From an uncultured Anaerolineales bacterium (GTDB lineage Bacteria; Chloroflexota; Anaerolineae; Epilineales; JAANWY01), in assembly GCA_964532665.1 (NCBI GenBank), contig CAZHMV010000001.1:103742-167741 (forward strand): 64,000 bases of DNA, written 5' to 3'. The notes under the pieces were generated by a model. That model did not search any database, was not told the DNA's origin, and saw only the letters and a list, made by a program, of their open reading frames with translations. Position 1 is the first letter of the stretch. Each line of letters begins with the position of its first letter. Positions 48,437 to 57,659 of the stretch are shown here, one piece after another. The translations under genes were made by a program, and so were the position numbers.

Positions 48437-48464
48437 TTGACATCGCTCACTGACCTGGTAGAAT
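48437..48464 (+). promoter_or_regulatory. Sigma70-like promoter (TTGACA-16-TAGAAT) for mnmE; the predicted TSS lies only about 4 nt before the ATG (near-leaderless)
   Basis: A 7-bp palindrome GGATGCCCT-GCG-AGGGCAT overlaps the -35. Confidence 0.45.
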
Positions 48465-48474
48465 TGCTCAGGAA

Positions 48475-49839
48475 ATGTACACCCTTGACGACACCATCGC
48501 CGCCATCGGCACGCCGCCTGGCCAGGGAGGGATCGGCATTGTGCGCCTGAGTGGCCCCGAGGCCCTGAGCATTCTGAAGCAGGTCTTTCAGGTGCCCCAC
48601 GGCCGCGAATGGATCGCCCGTCGGATCACGTTTGGGCAGGTGGTCGATCCGGCCACTAACGAAGTGCTCGATGAAGCACTCGCATTCTACATCCCGGCCC
48701 CCCACACCTACACCCGGCAGGACGTGGCCGAGATTCAGGGGCACGGCAGCCCGGTCTCGCTCCAGCGCATCCTGAACCTGGTCCTGCGTCACGGCGCCCG
48801 GCTGGCCGAGCCGGGCGAGTTCACCCTACGGGCTTTCGTCAATGGCCGGCTCGATCTGGCCCAGGCCGAAGCTGTGCTGGATATGATCCAGGCGCGGACC
48901 GAGGCCGGCCATCGCATTGCCATGGGCCAACTTAGCGGCCGGCTTTCGGACGCCGTGCGGGGCGTGCGCCGGCAACTGCTGGACGTGCTGGCCTACCTGG
49001 AGGCGAGCATCGACTTCACTGATGACGAAGTGCCGCCCCAGGACATCGTCAAGCCGCTCAACAACATCCTCAACGAAATCGGGCAACTGTTACGGGATGC
49101 CGACCGGGGTATCATCTATCGCCAGGGCGTGCGGGCAGCCATCGTGGGCCGGCCCAATGTGGGCAAGTCCAGCCTGCTCAACGCGCTGCTTCAGGTGGAA
49201 CGGGCCATCGTCACGGAAGTTCCGGGCACGACGCGCGATACGCTGGAAGAGACGATCAACCTCCGAGGCGTGCCGCTGGTGCTGGTGGACACCGCCGGCA
49301 TCGCAGAAACCGAAGACCAGATCGAACGATTGGGGGTCATTCGAAGCCGCGAGGCACTGGAACAGGCGGACCTGGCTCTGCTGGTCGTGGACGGGAGCCG
49401 CCCTCTCGATGCTGCAGATCGCGAAATCGCTACCCTGATCGGCAACCGACCGGCCATTCTCGTCGTCAATAAGATTGACCTGGGCACTTCCAGGGTCGAG
49501 TTCGACACATGGCCGGCTGATGCGCCACGCGTGCGTGTTTCGGCATTGACGGGCGCCGGCCTCGACGCCCTGGAAGAGGCCCTGGTGAACACAATCCTCG
49601 CCGGTCGGGCAGTTCCCAGTGACCGTCCCATGGTGAGCAGCCCGCGCCACAAGGCGCTGCTGACGCAAGCGACCGAGCACATTCAGGCCGCCCTGGAGGC
49701 TCACGAGCGAGGGTTGCCGGCGGATTTTGTGTCCATCGACGTGATGGCAGCGGTGACGTCGCTGGGCGAGATTACAGGCGAGACGGCCGGCGAGGACTTG
49801 CTGAATGCCATCTTCAGCCAATTCTGCGTCGGAAAGTGA
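48475..49839 (+). CDS. mnmE: tRNA modification GTPase MnmE (TrmE)
   Basis: N-terminal AAIGTPPGQGGIGIVRLSG, G-domain GRPNVGKSSL, C-terminal CIGK. Confidence 0.9.
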   Translation: MYTLDDTIAAIGTPPGQGGIGIVRLSGPEALSILKQVFQVPHGREWIARRITFGQVVDPATNEVLDEALAFYIPAPHTYTRQDVAEIQGHGSPVSLQRILNLVLRHGARLAEPGEFTLRAFVNGRLDLAQAEAVLDMIQARTEAGHRIAMGQLSGRLSDAVRGVRRQLLDVLAYLEASIDFTDDEVPPQDIVKPLNNILNEIGQLLRDADRGIIYRQGVRAAIVGRPNVGKSSLLNALLQVERAIVTEVPGTTRDTLEETINLRGVPLVLVDTAGIAETEDQIERLGVIRSREALEQADLALLVVDGSRPLDAADREIATLIGNRPAILVVNKIDLGTSRVEFDTWPADAPRVRVSALTGAGLDALEEALVNTILAGRAVPSDRPMVSSPRHKALLTQATEHIQAALEAHERGLPADFVSIDVMAAVTSLGEITGETAGEDLLNAIFSQFCVGK

Positions 49840-49845
49840 TCATTC

Positions 49846-51315
49846 ATGTATCGATCTGACGAAAGTCCAATAACACGTTTGTCCGTTCTTGTCGTTGTAA
49901 TCATCATTCTGGGATGGCTGGCATCCAGCATTGGGTCATCCACAGTATTCGCTGAGTCGCCTCAGGCTGAGCCGGGGCCTCGGGGCGTCTTCATCATCCC
50001 GACTCCGCCGCGGATCCCAACCGCCGACCACACGTTCCGGCCCCTTGTCTCAATTCCGTTTGCCCCCACCCCGCCCGAACTCAGAGCCCTGCCGGCTGTC
50101 GGTGAGGTCAAAGCGTCGGCCAGTGTCGTTGCTGAAGGTGCTTCTGTACCGGCCCGTCAGGCGCTCGACGTGCCGGCAGATGAATCAGCCGACCCATCCC
50201 TGGTCGAGATACCCGACGGGGTCATGAACATCGTACTGCTGGGAACTGACAAGCGACCCGAGTGGGGCGACTGGCGGACGGACACGATCATCGTTGTGTC
50301 AATCAATCCGCAGGCGCAATCTGTCGGCCTGTTATCGATCCCGCGCGACCTGTGGATCCGGATTCCGGGGTTCGGTGTCGGACGCATCAACACGGTCGAT
50401 TTCATCGGTGAGTGGAAAGACGCGGAAGGCGGCGGGCCGGGGCTCCTCAAGCGAACCATCGAGGCCAATCTCGGCTTACCGATTCATCGCTATGCCCGTA
50501 TTAACCTGGAAGGGTTCATTCAGCTCATAGATGCGCTCGGTGGCGTGACAATTGACGTCGATTGCCCGGTCCACGATGCATTTCTGGATGAACCACTGAC
50601 CGGTGAGGAAGGGTTGGCGCCGCTAAATCTGGATGTCGGGGTCCACCATCTGGATGGGCTGGCGGCGTTACGTTACGCCCGGTCTCGTCACAGTGGGACC
50701 GACTTCGATCGCGCGCGGCGACAGCAGAAGCTGCTCCGCAGCCTGGCGGAACAGAATCTCAACTGGCAACTCATCCCGAAGCTGCCCCGCCTGTGGGAAA
50801 CGCTGGGTGACGCCGTTCAGACCGATCTGACGCTGCCGGAGATGATTCGGTTGGCCTCAATCGGATTGCAAATCCAGCAGAACCGAATCAAGAGTCGCTT
50901 CATTGACTGGGGGGCGACAGAGAACTGGGTCACAGCCGGCGGCGCTCGGGTATTGCTGCCCAATCATGAAACGTTGCCGCAGGCAGTAGCAGAATTCCTC
51001 GACCCGCCCGAAGAAGACGTGCGTCTGGGGGCGGAGCACGCGCGGATTGAGGTTCAAAACGGCACGACGACCGAGGGGCTGGCCGAAGTGGCCGCCAAAC
51101 GGCTAATACGAGACGGCCTCCAGGTCGTCGGGACGTCCCGGACAGGTCGTTTGGCGCACTCAACCATTCTCGCTTACAATGACACCCCCCGTACGCTCCA
51201 GGTGCTGCAAGATGTCCTGCACCTGAGTCCTGACTCAGTCGCTCATTCCCCGGAGCCCGATGATCGGGTAGACATTCGAGTGATACTGGGAAGCGACTGG
51301 CAACCCTGCCCCTAG
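49846..51315 (+). CDS. LytR-CpsA-Psr (LCP) family protein with C-terminal LytR_C domain
   Basis: N-terminal TM, LCP core (NIVLLGTDKR...DTIIVVSIN...LSIPRDLWI) and a C-terminal LytR_C-like region. Confidence 0.8.
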   Translation: MYRSDESPITRLSVLVVVIIILGWLASSIGSSTVFAESPQAEPGPRGVFIIPTPPRIPTADHTFRPLVSIPFAPTPPELRALPAVGEVKASASVVAEGASVPARQALDVPADESADPSLVEIPDGVMNIVLLGTDKRPEWGDWRTDTIIVVSINPQAQSVGLLSIPRDLWIRIPGFGVGRINTVDFIGEWKDAEGGGPGLLKRTIEANLGLPIHRYARINLEGFIQLIDALGGVTIDVDCPVHDAFLDEPLTGEEGLAPLNLDVGVHHLDGLAALRYARSRHSGTDFDRARRQQKLLRSLAEQNLNWQLIPKLPRLWETLGDAVQTDLTLPEMIRLASIGLQIQQNRIKSRFIDWGATENWVTAGGARVLLPNHETLPQAVAEFLDPPEEDVRLGAEHARIEVQNGTTTEGLAEVAAKRLIRDGLQVVGTSRTGRLAHSTILAYNDTPRTLQVLQDVLHLSPDSVAHSPEPDDRVDIRVILGSDWQPCP

Positions 51316-51423
51316 TCTGTGGCAAGCCTGTGACAGGGGATATGGCCGGCCCTGCCAGCGTGTGGCAGGGCCGATTTCTTCTGGTGTGCCAGACATGCCG
51401 TGTATCCAGGGCCGGGCATTGCA

Positions 51424-51538
51424 ACTACTCCCCCTCTTGCAGGTCAATCCTTCTCTGGCCGAGAATCGCCGCCCTCAGTCCCTTTACCACGGGCAAAACC
51501 ACGGTTCATCACAGTCTGCGGGAGAGTGGCTGAGTGGT
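51424..51538. mobile_element. MITE-like palindromic repeat element copy 4 (degenerate)
   Basis: Shares GGCCGAGAATCGC, AAAACCA and TGCGGGAGAGTGGCTGAGTGGT with copy 3. The TIRs are partly eroded. Confidence 0.6.
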
Positions 51539-51670
51539 TGCCTGGAATCCAAATATCTTCCCTATCACTTCTTCATAATTTCTGAACAAGTTTCTTGTAT
51601 ACTTGTGGCAGATACGGTTTGGCCGGCATGTTGGTCTGCCGAACGAACAGAAGTGAAGGAGGTAAGTGGA

Positions 51671-52231
51671 ATGAGTAGGAAATACAAGATCGGAATCGTG
51701 GGGTTGCTGGTAGTCGGCGTGCTGGTGGCGGCCATGGCCGGCACCGCGCTGGCCCAGGACGCGACTCCCACGCCGGCACCCAGGGCCTTCGGCTTTCACG
51801 GCTGGGGCCGCGGCGCCGGCTGTGGTGGCCTGTGCGGGCAGGCAGGCCTCGACGCCGCTGCCGAGGCATTGAACATGAGTGCCGATGACCTGTCCACCCA
51901 ACTGTGGGGTGGCCGGACCCTGGCCGACTTGGCGGATGAGGCCGGCGTTGACCTGCAAGCCGTTCGTGACGCGGTCGATGTTGCTTGCGAGACAGCCAAG
52001 CGGGACGCCATCGAGCAGGCCGTTCAGGATGGACGTCTGAGCCGGGAGCAGGCCGACTGGCTGCTGCAGGGCCTGGATAACGGCTACTGGGGTGGCCGCG
52101 GCTCCTTCGGCTTCGGCCGTGGGTTTGGACATGGACGTGGCTTCGGCCGAGGGTTTGGAGCTAACCCTGGCGGCATGAGGTGGGGCGCTCCGCCAGCGCA
52201 GAGCGCGCCGGCTGCGGGCAACTCCGCGTAG
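51671..52231 (+). CDS. Secreted small protein with two helical repeats and a Gly/Arg/Phe-rich C-terminal tail (GRGFGHGRGFGRGFG)
   Basis: Signal peptide MSRKYKIGIVGLLVVGVLVAAMAGTALA. RBS GAAGGAGG. Sits directly upstream of the two-component system. Confidence 0.5.
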   Translation: MSRKYKIGIVGLLVVGVLVAAMAGTALAQDATPTPAPRAFGFHGWGRGAGCGGLCGQAGLDAAAEALNMSADDLSTQLWGGRTLADLADEAGVDLQAVRDAVDVACETAKRDAIEQAVQDGRLSREQADWLLQGLDNGYWGGRGSFGFGRGFGHGRGFGRGFGANPGGMRWGAPPAQSAPAAGNSA

Positions 52232-52253
52232 TTACGCACCACTGGTGCTGGAA

Positions 52254-52283
52254 GGGGGGAGAGGCCGGCTACGGCCTCTCCCC
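52254..52283 (+). terminator. 12-bp-stem GC-rich hairpin downstream of the secreted-protein gene (terminator-like, no U-tract)
   Basis: GGGGAGAGGCCG-gcta-CGGCCTCTCCCC. Confidence 0.4.
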
Positions 52284-52305
52284 CTCGAAGGAGGAGACCT
52301 CTGTT

Positions 52306-52392
52306 CTTATCCGTGTTTCTTTCCATCCGTGAGAGATGTTGATCCCTTGTCGGTTCGAGACGCAGCTTCGCCGGGCAGTTACATTTGTCGCC
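52306..52392 (+). other. Conserved roughly 90-nt non-coding element (copy A) upstream of the response-regulator gene; paralogous to 62221-62312
   Basis: ttatccgtgtttctttccatccgtgagaga...cttgtcggttcgagac...gcagcttcgccgggcagtt is about 75% identical to copy B. Confidence 0.6.
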
Positions 52393-52462
52393 GTGGCAGG
52401 ATGGGGCTATATTTGACATCAGGAATGTTGCTGTTGTCGGTTGAAGAGGGAAAGAGGCTGCG

Positions 52463-53149
52463 ATGCCGAAAACAATTCTGGTGGTGGATGACGAAAAACA
52501 GTTACGCACATTGGTGAAGGCCTACCTGACGCAGGAGGGATTCCGAGTCGTGACCGCCGCTGATGGGCGGGAAGCTCTGTTTGTGGCGCGGCATGAGAAG
52601 CCAGACCTCATCATCCTCGACCTGATGATGCCAGAAATGGACGGGTATGAATTCATGCGCGTCTACAGCAAGGAACGGGAGACCCCCGTGATCATGCTGA
52701 CTGCCAAAGTTGAAGAAAACGACAGAGTTCTGGGGTTGGAACTGGGGGCAGATGACTACGTCACAAAGCCGTTCAGCATGCGCGAACTGGCGGCGCGAGT
52801 GCGGGCCGTGCTACGTCGCGCCGGCAGTCCCTTGCCCGATTCGGAAATCCTGCGTGCCGCTGACATTACACTTGACCGGGCCAATCACGTTGTCACCGTG
52901 AGCGACAGGCACGTCGATCTCACGCCCACCGAGTTTGACCTGCTGGCCATCCTGATGGCGGCGCCAGGGCGCGCCTTCTCTCGCTTTGACCTGCTCGACC
53001 GGTTGCAGGGCACCGCCTTTGACGGATACGAACGCACCATCGACGTCCACATCCGAAATCTGCGCTCCAAGCTTGAACCGGACCCACGCCATCCACGCTA
53101 CGTTGAGACGGTTTTTGGGGTCGGGTATCGGTTTACGGCTGGTGGTTAG
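52463..53149 (+). CDS. OmpR-family response regulator
   Basis: Receiver domain (DDEKQLR...DLMMPEMDG) plus a winged-helix trans_reg_C domain. Confidence 0.9.
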   Translation: MPKTILVVDDEKQLRTLVKAYLTQEGFRVVTAADGREALFVARHEKPDLIILDLMMPEMDGYEFMRVYSKERETPVIMLTAKVEENDRVLGLELGADDYVTKPFSMRELAARVRAVLRRAGSPLPDSEILRAADITLDRANHVVTVSDRHVDLTPTEFDLLAILMAAPGRAFSRFDLLDRLQGTAFDGYERTIDVHIRNLRSKLEPDPRHPRYVETVFGVGYRFTAGG

Positions 53150-53164
53150 AGGGGTTGTGGGGGC

Positions 53165-54625
53165 ATGATTCGCTCACTGGCTCTTAAGCTCACCCTGGCT
53201 TTTCTCGTGGTTGCGGTTATGGGCACCGTGCTGGTGGCCTTGTTCGTCGGGCAGCGAACGCAGGATGAGTTTGGCCGGTTCGTCCTCGACCGATACCGGG
53301 CGGATGTTGTCACCGAGTTGGCCGCGTACTACGAGAAGAATGGGAGTTGGGAGGGAGTAGATGCCATCGCGGTCCGTGATCTCGGTGGGCACCCTGGTCG
53401 GTGGGGGCCGGGTTGGGTACGGGTAACGCTCATTGATGCGCACAGCAAGGTTGTTTATGGCGAGTCACGTTACCGCGTGGGAGAGCAGGTGCCCCGGTCT
53501 GACAGCAATCACAGCCTGCCGATTCGGGTGAATGATGAAACGGTTGGTTGGTTGCTGTTCGATTCGTTTAGAGCCAGGGGGCGCCTGCTACCAGGTTCAC
53601 CTGAGTCAGCTTTCCTGGCAAGGGTGACGCGCGCCATCACCTTTGGCACCCTGGGAGCCATGGTGATTGCGTTGCTACTGGGTGTCTTGCTGGCGCGCAC
53701 CATCTCGCGTCCAGTTCGTGAATTGACGGCCGCCACACAACTCGTGGCGCAAGGGGAGCTGGGGCTTCAGGTACCTGTTCGCACCAAGGACGAGTTGGGT
53801 GAACTGGCTGCCTCGTTCAACCAGATGAGTGCAGACCTGGCGCATTCGAATCAGTTGCGCCGGCACATGACGGCCGACATCGCCCACGAACTGCGGACGC
53901 CCCTCAGCGTGATCCTGGGCTACACGGAAGCGTTGAGCGACGGCAAGCTGCAAGCCACACCGAAGACGTTTAGCATTTTGCACGACGGGGCGAAACACCT
54001 CAGTCGCCTGGTCGAGGATCTGCAGACGCTGGCGCTGGCAGATGCCGGCGAGTTGTCGCTAACTCGCCGGCCTGTTGATCCCAGAGTGTTGCTGGAACAC
54101 GCGGCGTCGGCTTACATGGGGCGCGCCGAGGAGAAGGGCATCTCGCTAAGCGTCGAGGCTGCACCGGATTTGCCGGAGGTCGAGGTTGACCCCGATCGGA
54201 TGGCGCAAGTGCTGGGCAATTTGCTGACCAATGCGCTGCGCCACACACCGGCCGGCGGGCGAGTCACTATGCAGTGTTCAGTCATCAGTCAACAGTTAGC
54301 AGTAAACAGTGATCAGTCATCAGTGATCAGTAACCAAACTGCTGCGGACGGCAAACTGATTACTGATAACTGTTTACTGATTACTGTCACGGACACCGGC
54401 ACCGGCATTGCCCCCGAGGACCTACCCCACGTTTTTGAACGCTTCTATCGCGGGGACAAGTCGCGCCAGAGGCAGGAAGGGGAGTCGGGACTGGGGCTGG
54501 CGATTGCCAAATCGATTGTGCAGATGCATGGTGGGAGCATTGCCGTTGACAGTACGCCTGGCGAAGGCACGACTTTCACCATCGTTTTGCCGGCCGAACC
54601 GGGTCCCCCTGACGGTGAGGTATAG
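53165..54625 (+). CDS. Sensor histidine kinase (2 TM, HAMP, HisKA, HATPase_c) carrying an in-frame repeat insertion in the ATPase domain
   Basis: H-box HELRTPLSVILGY, N-box LLTNALRHT, G1 DTGTGI and G2 GLGLAIAKSIV. Confidence 0.85.
   Translation: MIRSLALKLTLAFLVVAVMGTVLVALFVGQRTQDEFGRFVLDRYRADVVTELAAYYEKNGSWEGVDAIAVRDLGGHPGRWGPGWVRVTLIDAHSKVVYGESRYRVGEQVPRSDSNHSLPIRVNDETVGWLLFDSFRARGRLLPGSPESAFLARVTRAITFGTLGAMVIALLLGVLLARTISRPVRELTAATQLVAQGELGLQVPVRTKDELGELAASFNQMSADLAHSNQLRRHMTADIAHELRTPLSVILGYTEALSDGKLQATPKTFSILHDGAKHLSRLVEDLQTLALADAGELSLTRRPVDPRVLLEHAASAYMGRAEEKGISLSVEAAPDLPEVEVDPDRMAQVLGNLLTNALRHTPAGGRVTMQCSVISQQLAVNSDQSSVISNQTAADGKLITDNCLLITVTDTGTGIAPEDLPHVFERFYRGDKSRQRQEGESGLGLAIAKSIVQMHGGSIAVDSTPGEGTTFTIVLPAEPGPPDGEV
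54272..54390. repeat. Heptamer-periodic hairpin element (CAGTGAT family) inserted in-frame between the N-box and G1-box of the histidine kinase
   Basis: It encodes QCSVISQQLAVNSDQSSVISNQTAADGKLITDNCLL. Confidence 0.8.
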
Positions 54626-54638
54626 ATTGGAGGAGAAC

Positions 54639-56198
54639 ATGAAAAGGATTGTTGTTATCGTGGCCGCGGTGGCAGCCCTGGGAGTCATCGGCTTTCTTGG
54701 CTATCGGCGAATGAACAAGCCGGGCACGGCCGCGGCCGCCGAGCTCCAGACCGTGCCCGTGCGACGGGGAACTCTGGCAGCCACCGTCAACGCGGCCGGC
54801 AACATTGCCGCTAAAGCGGAGACCACCCTGGCCTTTCGCACTACCGGTGAAGTGAAGGCAGTGTACGTGCAGTTGGGGGACCAGGTGGAGGCCGGCCAGG
54901 TCCTGATGGAGCTGGACACCACGGACCTGGAGCTGGATATGGCCAAGGCGCGTTTGTCGCTGGCAACGGCTGAGGCGCAACTGGCCAAGACGAAGGCCGG
55001 CCCGGCCGCGGCGGAGTTGGCGGCCGCCCAGGCCAGCCTGGAGAGCGCCCGCGAGAACCTGGCCAGGGTGCAGGCCGGCCCTACCCAGGCCCAACTGGCG
55101 GCCGCCGAAGCCGCTCTGAAGGCTGCGCAAGACAGCTACCAGCGCACAGTTGACCGGCCAACCCCGGACGATGTCGAGCAGGCCAAACTGAAGCTGGATC
55201 AGGCGAAAAACAGCCTGTGGGCAGCCCAGAACCAGCGGGATGCCACCTGTGGGCAGTCAAACTCTTCGCCTCAGTGTGATAGTGCCAAAGCCCAGGTGGC
55301 GAACGCCGAAATCACTGTTCGTCTGGCAGAGGCGACCTACCAGGATGCCCAGACACCGGCCACCGCCGCCGAGATCGAGAATGCTGCGGCTCAGGTGCAG
55401 CGCGCCCAGGACGACCTGGACCGGCTGCGCGACAGCCCCACCTCTGCGGAGTTGGCGGCAGCGAAAGCCCAGGTGGCGCAAGCCGAGTCTCAGTTGGACA
55501 AGCTGACCAACGGGGCCACAGCGGAGGATCTGGCCATTGCAGAGGCCCAGGTGGAACAGGCGCGGCTGTCCTTGCAGCAGGCCGAGCGCCGGCTGGAGGA
55601 GGCGAAGCTGGTCGCGCCCTTTGCCGGCACGGTGACGGCCGTTAACTACCAGGAGGGTGAATACGCCAGCGCCAACAAGGCCGCTGTGGACCTGACGGAC
55701 CTCTCAACCCTGGAGATCGAGGTCCCGCTGGCCGAGATGGACGTGGCGCGGGTGGCCCCCGGCCAGGAAGTCAAGATCGTGCTGGATGCACTCCCCGACG
55801 TCACTCTGCGAGGCCGGGTGAGCTACGTCGCGCCGGTGGCGACCATCGCCCAGGGGGTTGTCAACTACCCGGTCAAGATCGAAATCGAGAATCCCGACCC
55901 GGCGGTGCGGCCCGGGATGACGGCCGGCGTGAGCATCGTGGTGGAGCGACGGGAGGACGTGTTGATGGTGCCGAACCGGGCAGTGCGCGCGGCTGGCCGG
56001 CAGCGGGTGGTGGAGGTGCTCTACCAGGACCAGGTGATCCAGGCCCCGGTTACGCTGGGCATGAGCAACGATACGATGACCGAGGTTATCAGCGGCCTGA
56101 AGGAGGGCGATCAGGTAGTGTTGCGCGGGGCCACCACGACCCGGGTGACGCCGCGAGGACCGGGAGGCGGTTTCTTCGGTGGAGGTGGCCGGCGGTAG
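54639..56198 (+). CDS. HlyD-family periplasmic adaptor (membrane fusion protein, MacA/YknX-like) with extended coiled-coil
   Basis: N-terminal TM, lipoyl-like beta domain, long alpha-hairpin and a C-terminal beta-barrel. The start is taken at ATG 54639 (GGAGGAGAAC RBS); the track's 54408 overlaps the kinase gene. Confidence 0.8.
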   Translation: MKRIVVIVAAVAALGVIGFLGYRRMNKPGTAAAAELQTVPVRRGTLAATVNAAGNIAAKAETTLAFRTTGEVKAVYVQLGDQVEAGQVLMELDTTDLELDMAKARLSLATAEAQLAKTKAGPAAAELAAAQASLESARENLARVQAGPTQAQLAAAEAALKAAQDSYQRTVDRPTPDDVEQAKLKLDQAKNSLWAAQNQRDATCGQSNSSPQCDSAKAQVANAEITVRLAEATYQDAQTPATAAEIENAAAQVQRAQDDLDRLRDSPTSAELAAAKAQVAQAESQLDKLTNGATAEDLAIAEAQVEQARLSLQQAERRLEEAKLVAPFAGTVTAVNYQEGEYASANKAAVDLTDLSTLEIEVPLAEMDVARVAPGQEVKIVLDALPDVTLRGRVSYVAPVATIAQGVVNYPVKIEIENPDPAVRPGMTAGVSIVVERREDVLMVPNRAVRAAGRQRVVEVLYQDQVIQAPVTLGMSNDTMTEVISGLKEGDQVVLRGATTTRVTPRGPGGGFFGGGGRR

Positions 56199-56255
56199 GT
56201 CACGTTGGTTCTTCGCTGCGTAACTCCCCGGACAGGAACTGATGTCAACCAGCTA

Positions 56256-56636
56256 TTACGCTGCTGCCGGCATCTGCCGAAGGGTCCGTGGCGCCTTGCT
56301 CGGGTTCAAACGAATGGTGGGAGGCGAGCCCGGTTGCAATTCCAGGAACTCTTTTACCGGAGCAGTTTTAAGAACCTGGACAATCGTCGCCCGTTCCTCG
56401 GCTGTGAGATTGGACAGGGCCAGCAGTGTCAATGGCCCGTCGTCGCCGGCGGACTGGGCGGCCAGCAAGCGTGAATAGTCAATGAAGATGATCTCAATGG
56501 GCTGGGCCGTCTCAGGGTCGAAGTAGAGCACGATGCTGGGATTCAATTCCAGGCCGGCGCTTCTTGAGTTTCGGGTATCTTGAAAGAAAACGGTGAAAAT
56601 GTCACCTTCTGGATCATATCGAGTATGCATCAGCAT
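56256..56636 (-). CDS. DUF2283-family small protein, on the opposite strand inside the efflux gene cluster
   Basis: [18 protein letters not shown]...[21 protein letters not shown] matches the DUF2283 YDxExD...GxxxGIEI pattern. An alternative upstream start is at 56690. Confidence 0.5.
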   Translation of the reverse strand: MLMHTRYDPEGDIFTVFFQDTRNSRSAGLELNPSIVLYFDPETAQPIEIIFIDYSRLLAAQSAGDDGPLTLLALSNLTAEERATIVQVLKTAPVKEFLELQPGSPPTIRLNPSKAPRTLRQMPAAA

Positions 56637-56792
56637 GCTCCCAACGTTCCCCGGTAAGGTAGACTTCGCGCCCCCGCCGATCGCGGGCAAAGATGGGCCA
56701 CTTGTGGTTCGCCGTAGTCATCGATTTGGACCCCGGCTAGTATTCTACTGCGAGTTCCCATTGAATGCAAATGGAGGTTCTCTGGAGTGCAA

Positions 56793-57519
56793 GATGATTA
56801 GTCTGACACACGTAACCAAAGTTTACTGCATGGGCACTGTTGAAGTCCATGCCTTGCGCGGCGTCTCGCTGTACATCGACGAGGGTGAGATGGTCGCCAT
56901 CATGGGGCCGTCGGGGTCGGGCAAGTCCACGCTGATGAACATCATCGGCTGTCTGGACACGCCGACGGCCGGTAGCTACTACCTGGCCGGCCAGGACGTG
57001 AGCCAGATGGATGACGACCAACTGGCCGAGATCCGCAACAAGCGCATCGGCTTCGTCTTTCAGACATTCAACCTGCTGCCCCGAACTCCCGCCCTGGACA
57101 ACGTGGAGTTGCCACTCATCTACGGCAACGGCAAGGACCGCCGGCAACGGGCCATCGCAGCTCTGGAGAGTGTGGGATTGGGGGAACGGGTGGATCACCG
57201 GCCCAATGAGCTATCCGGCGGCCAGCAGCAACGGGTGGCCATCGCCCGCGCTCTGGTGACGAACCCGTCCATCATCCTGGCCGACGAGCCGACGGGAAAC
57301 CTGGACAGCCAGGCCGGACAGGAAGTGATGGCCATCTTCCAGCAACTGAACCGAGAGCGAGGCATCACGGTGGTGTTGGTCACCCACGAGCCGGCCATCG
57401 CCGCCCACGCCCAACGGGTCATCTCCATTCGGGACGGCCTGATCGTCGGCGATGAGCCGGTGGCCGAACCGAGGGATGCTGAAGCAGGGGTTTCTCTGTA
57501 CAACAGCGGTAACGTATGA
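56793..57519 (+). CDS. ABC transporter ATP-binding protein, MacB/LolD-like
   Basis: Walker [10 protein letters not shown], signature [15 protein letters not shown], Walker [13 protein letters not shown]. Confidence 0.9.
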
Positions 57520-57542
57520 TCACCTGGTCGGTTGGCGTTCGC

Positions 57543-57610
57543 TGAGTTCCTCTGAGTTTCGCCGGGGGGTTCGGGGGAACTCGAGGGAACTCAGGGGAAC
57601 TCGGGGGGGT
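57543..57610. repeat. GGGAACTC-type tandem repeat hairpin between the ABC ATPase and permease genes
   Basis: gagttcctctgagtttcgcc ggggggttcgggggaactcgagggaactcaggggaactcggggggg. Confidence 0.7.
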
Positions 57611-57659
57611 ACCGCGTGAGGGATAAGTATACAGTTGCCAACAGTGAGGTGAGCGATCC

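Noticed and set aside
52084-52509. Minus-strand ORF sharing CNCPAKL...ERNTDK with the N-terminal extension of the 58992..62312 track ORF, which looked like a conserved small protein
   Set aside because: The similarity comes from translating the two copies of the conserved non-coding element (52306-52392 and 62221-62312) in reverse. The fusion enzyme most plausibly starts at MKSEEP (62168).
56256-56636. DUF2283 gene interpreted as half of a toxin-antitoxin pair
   Set aside because: No DUF4258 or other partner ORF is adjacent, so a toxin-antitoxin call is unsupported. It is kept only as a stand-alone DUF2283 gene.
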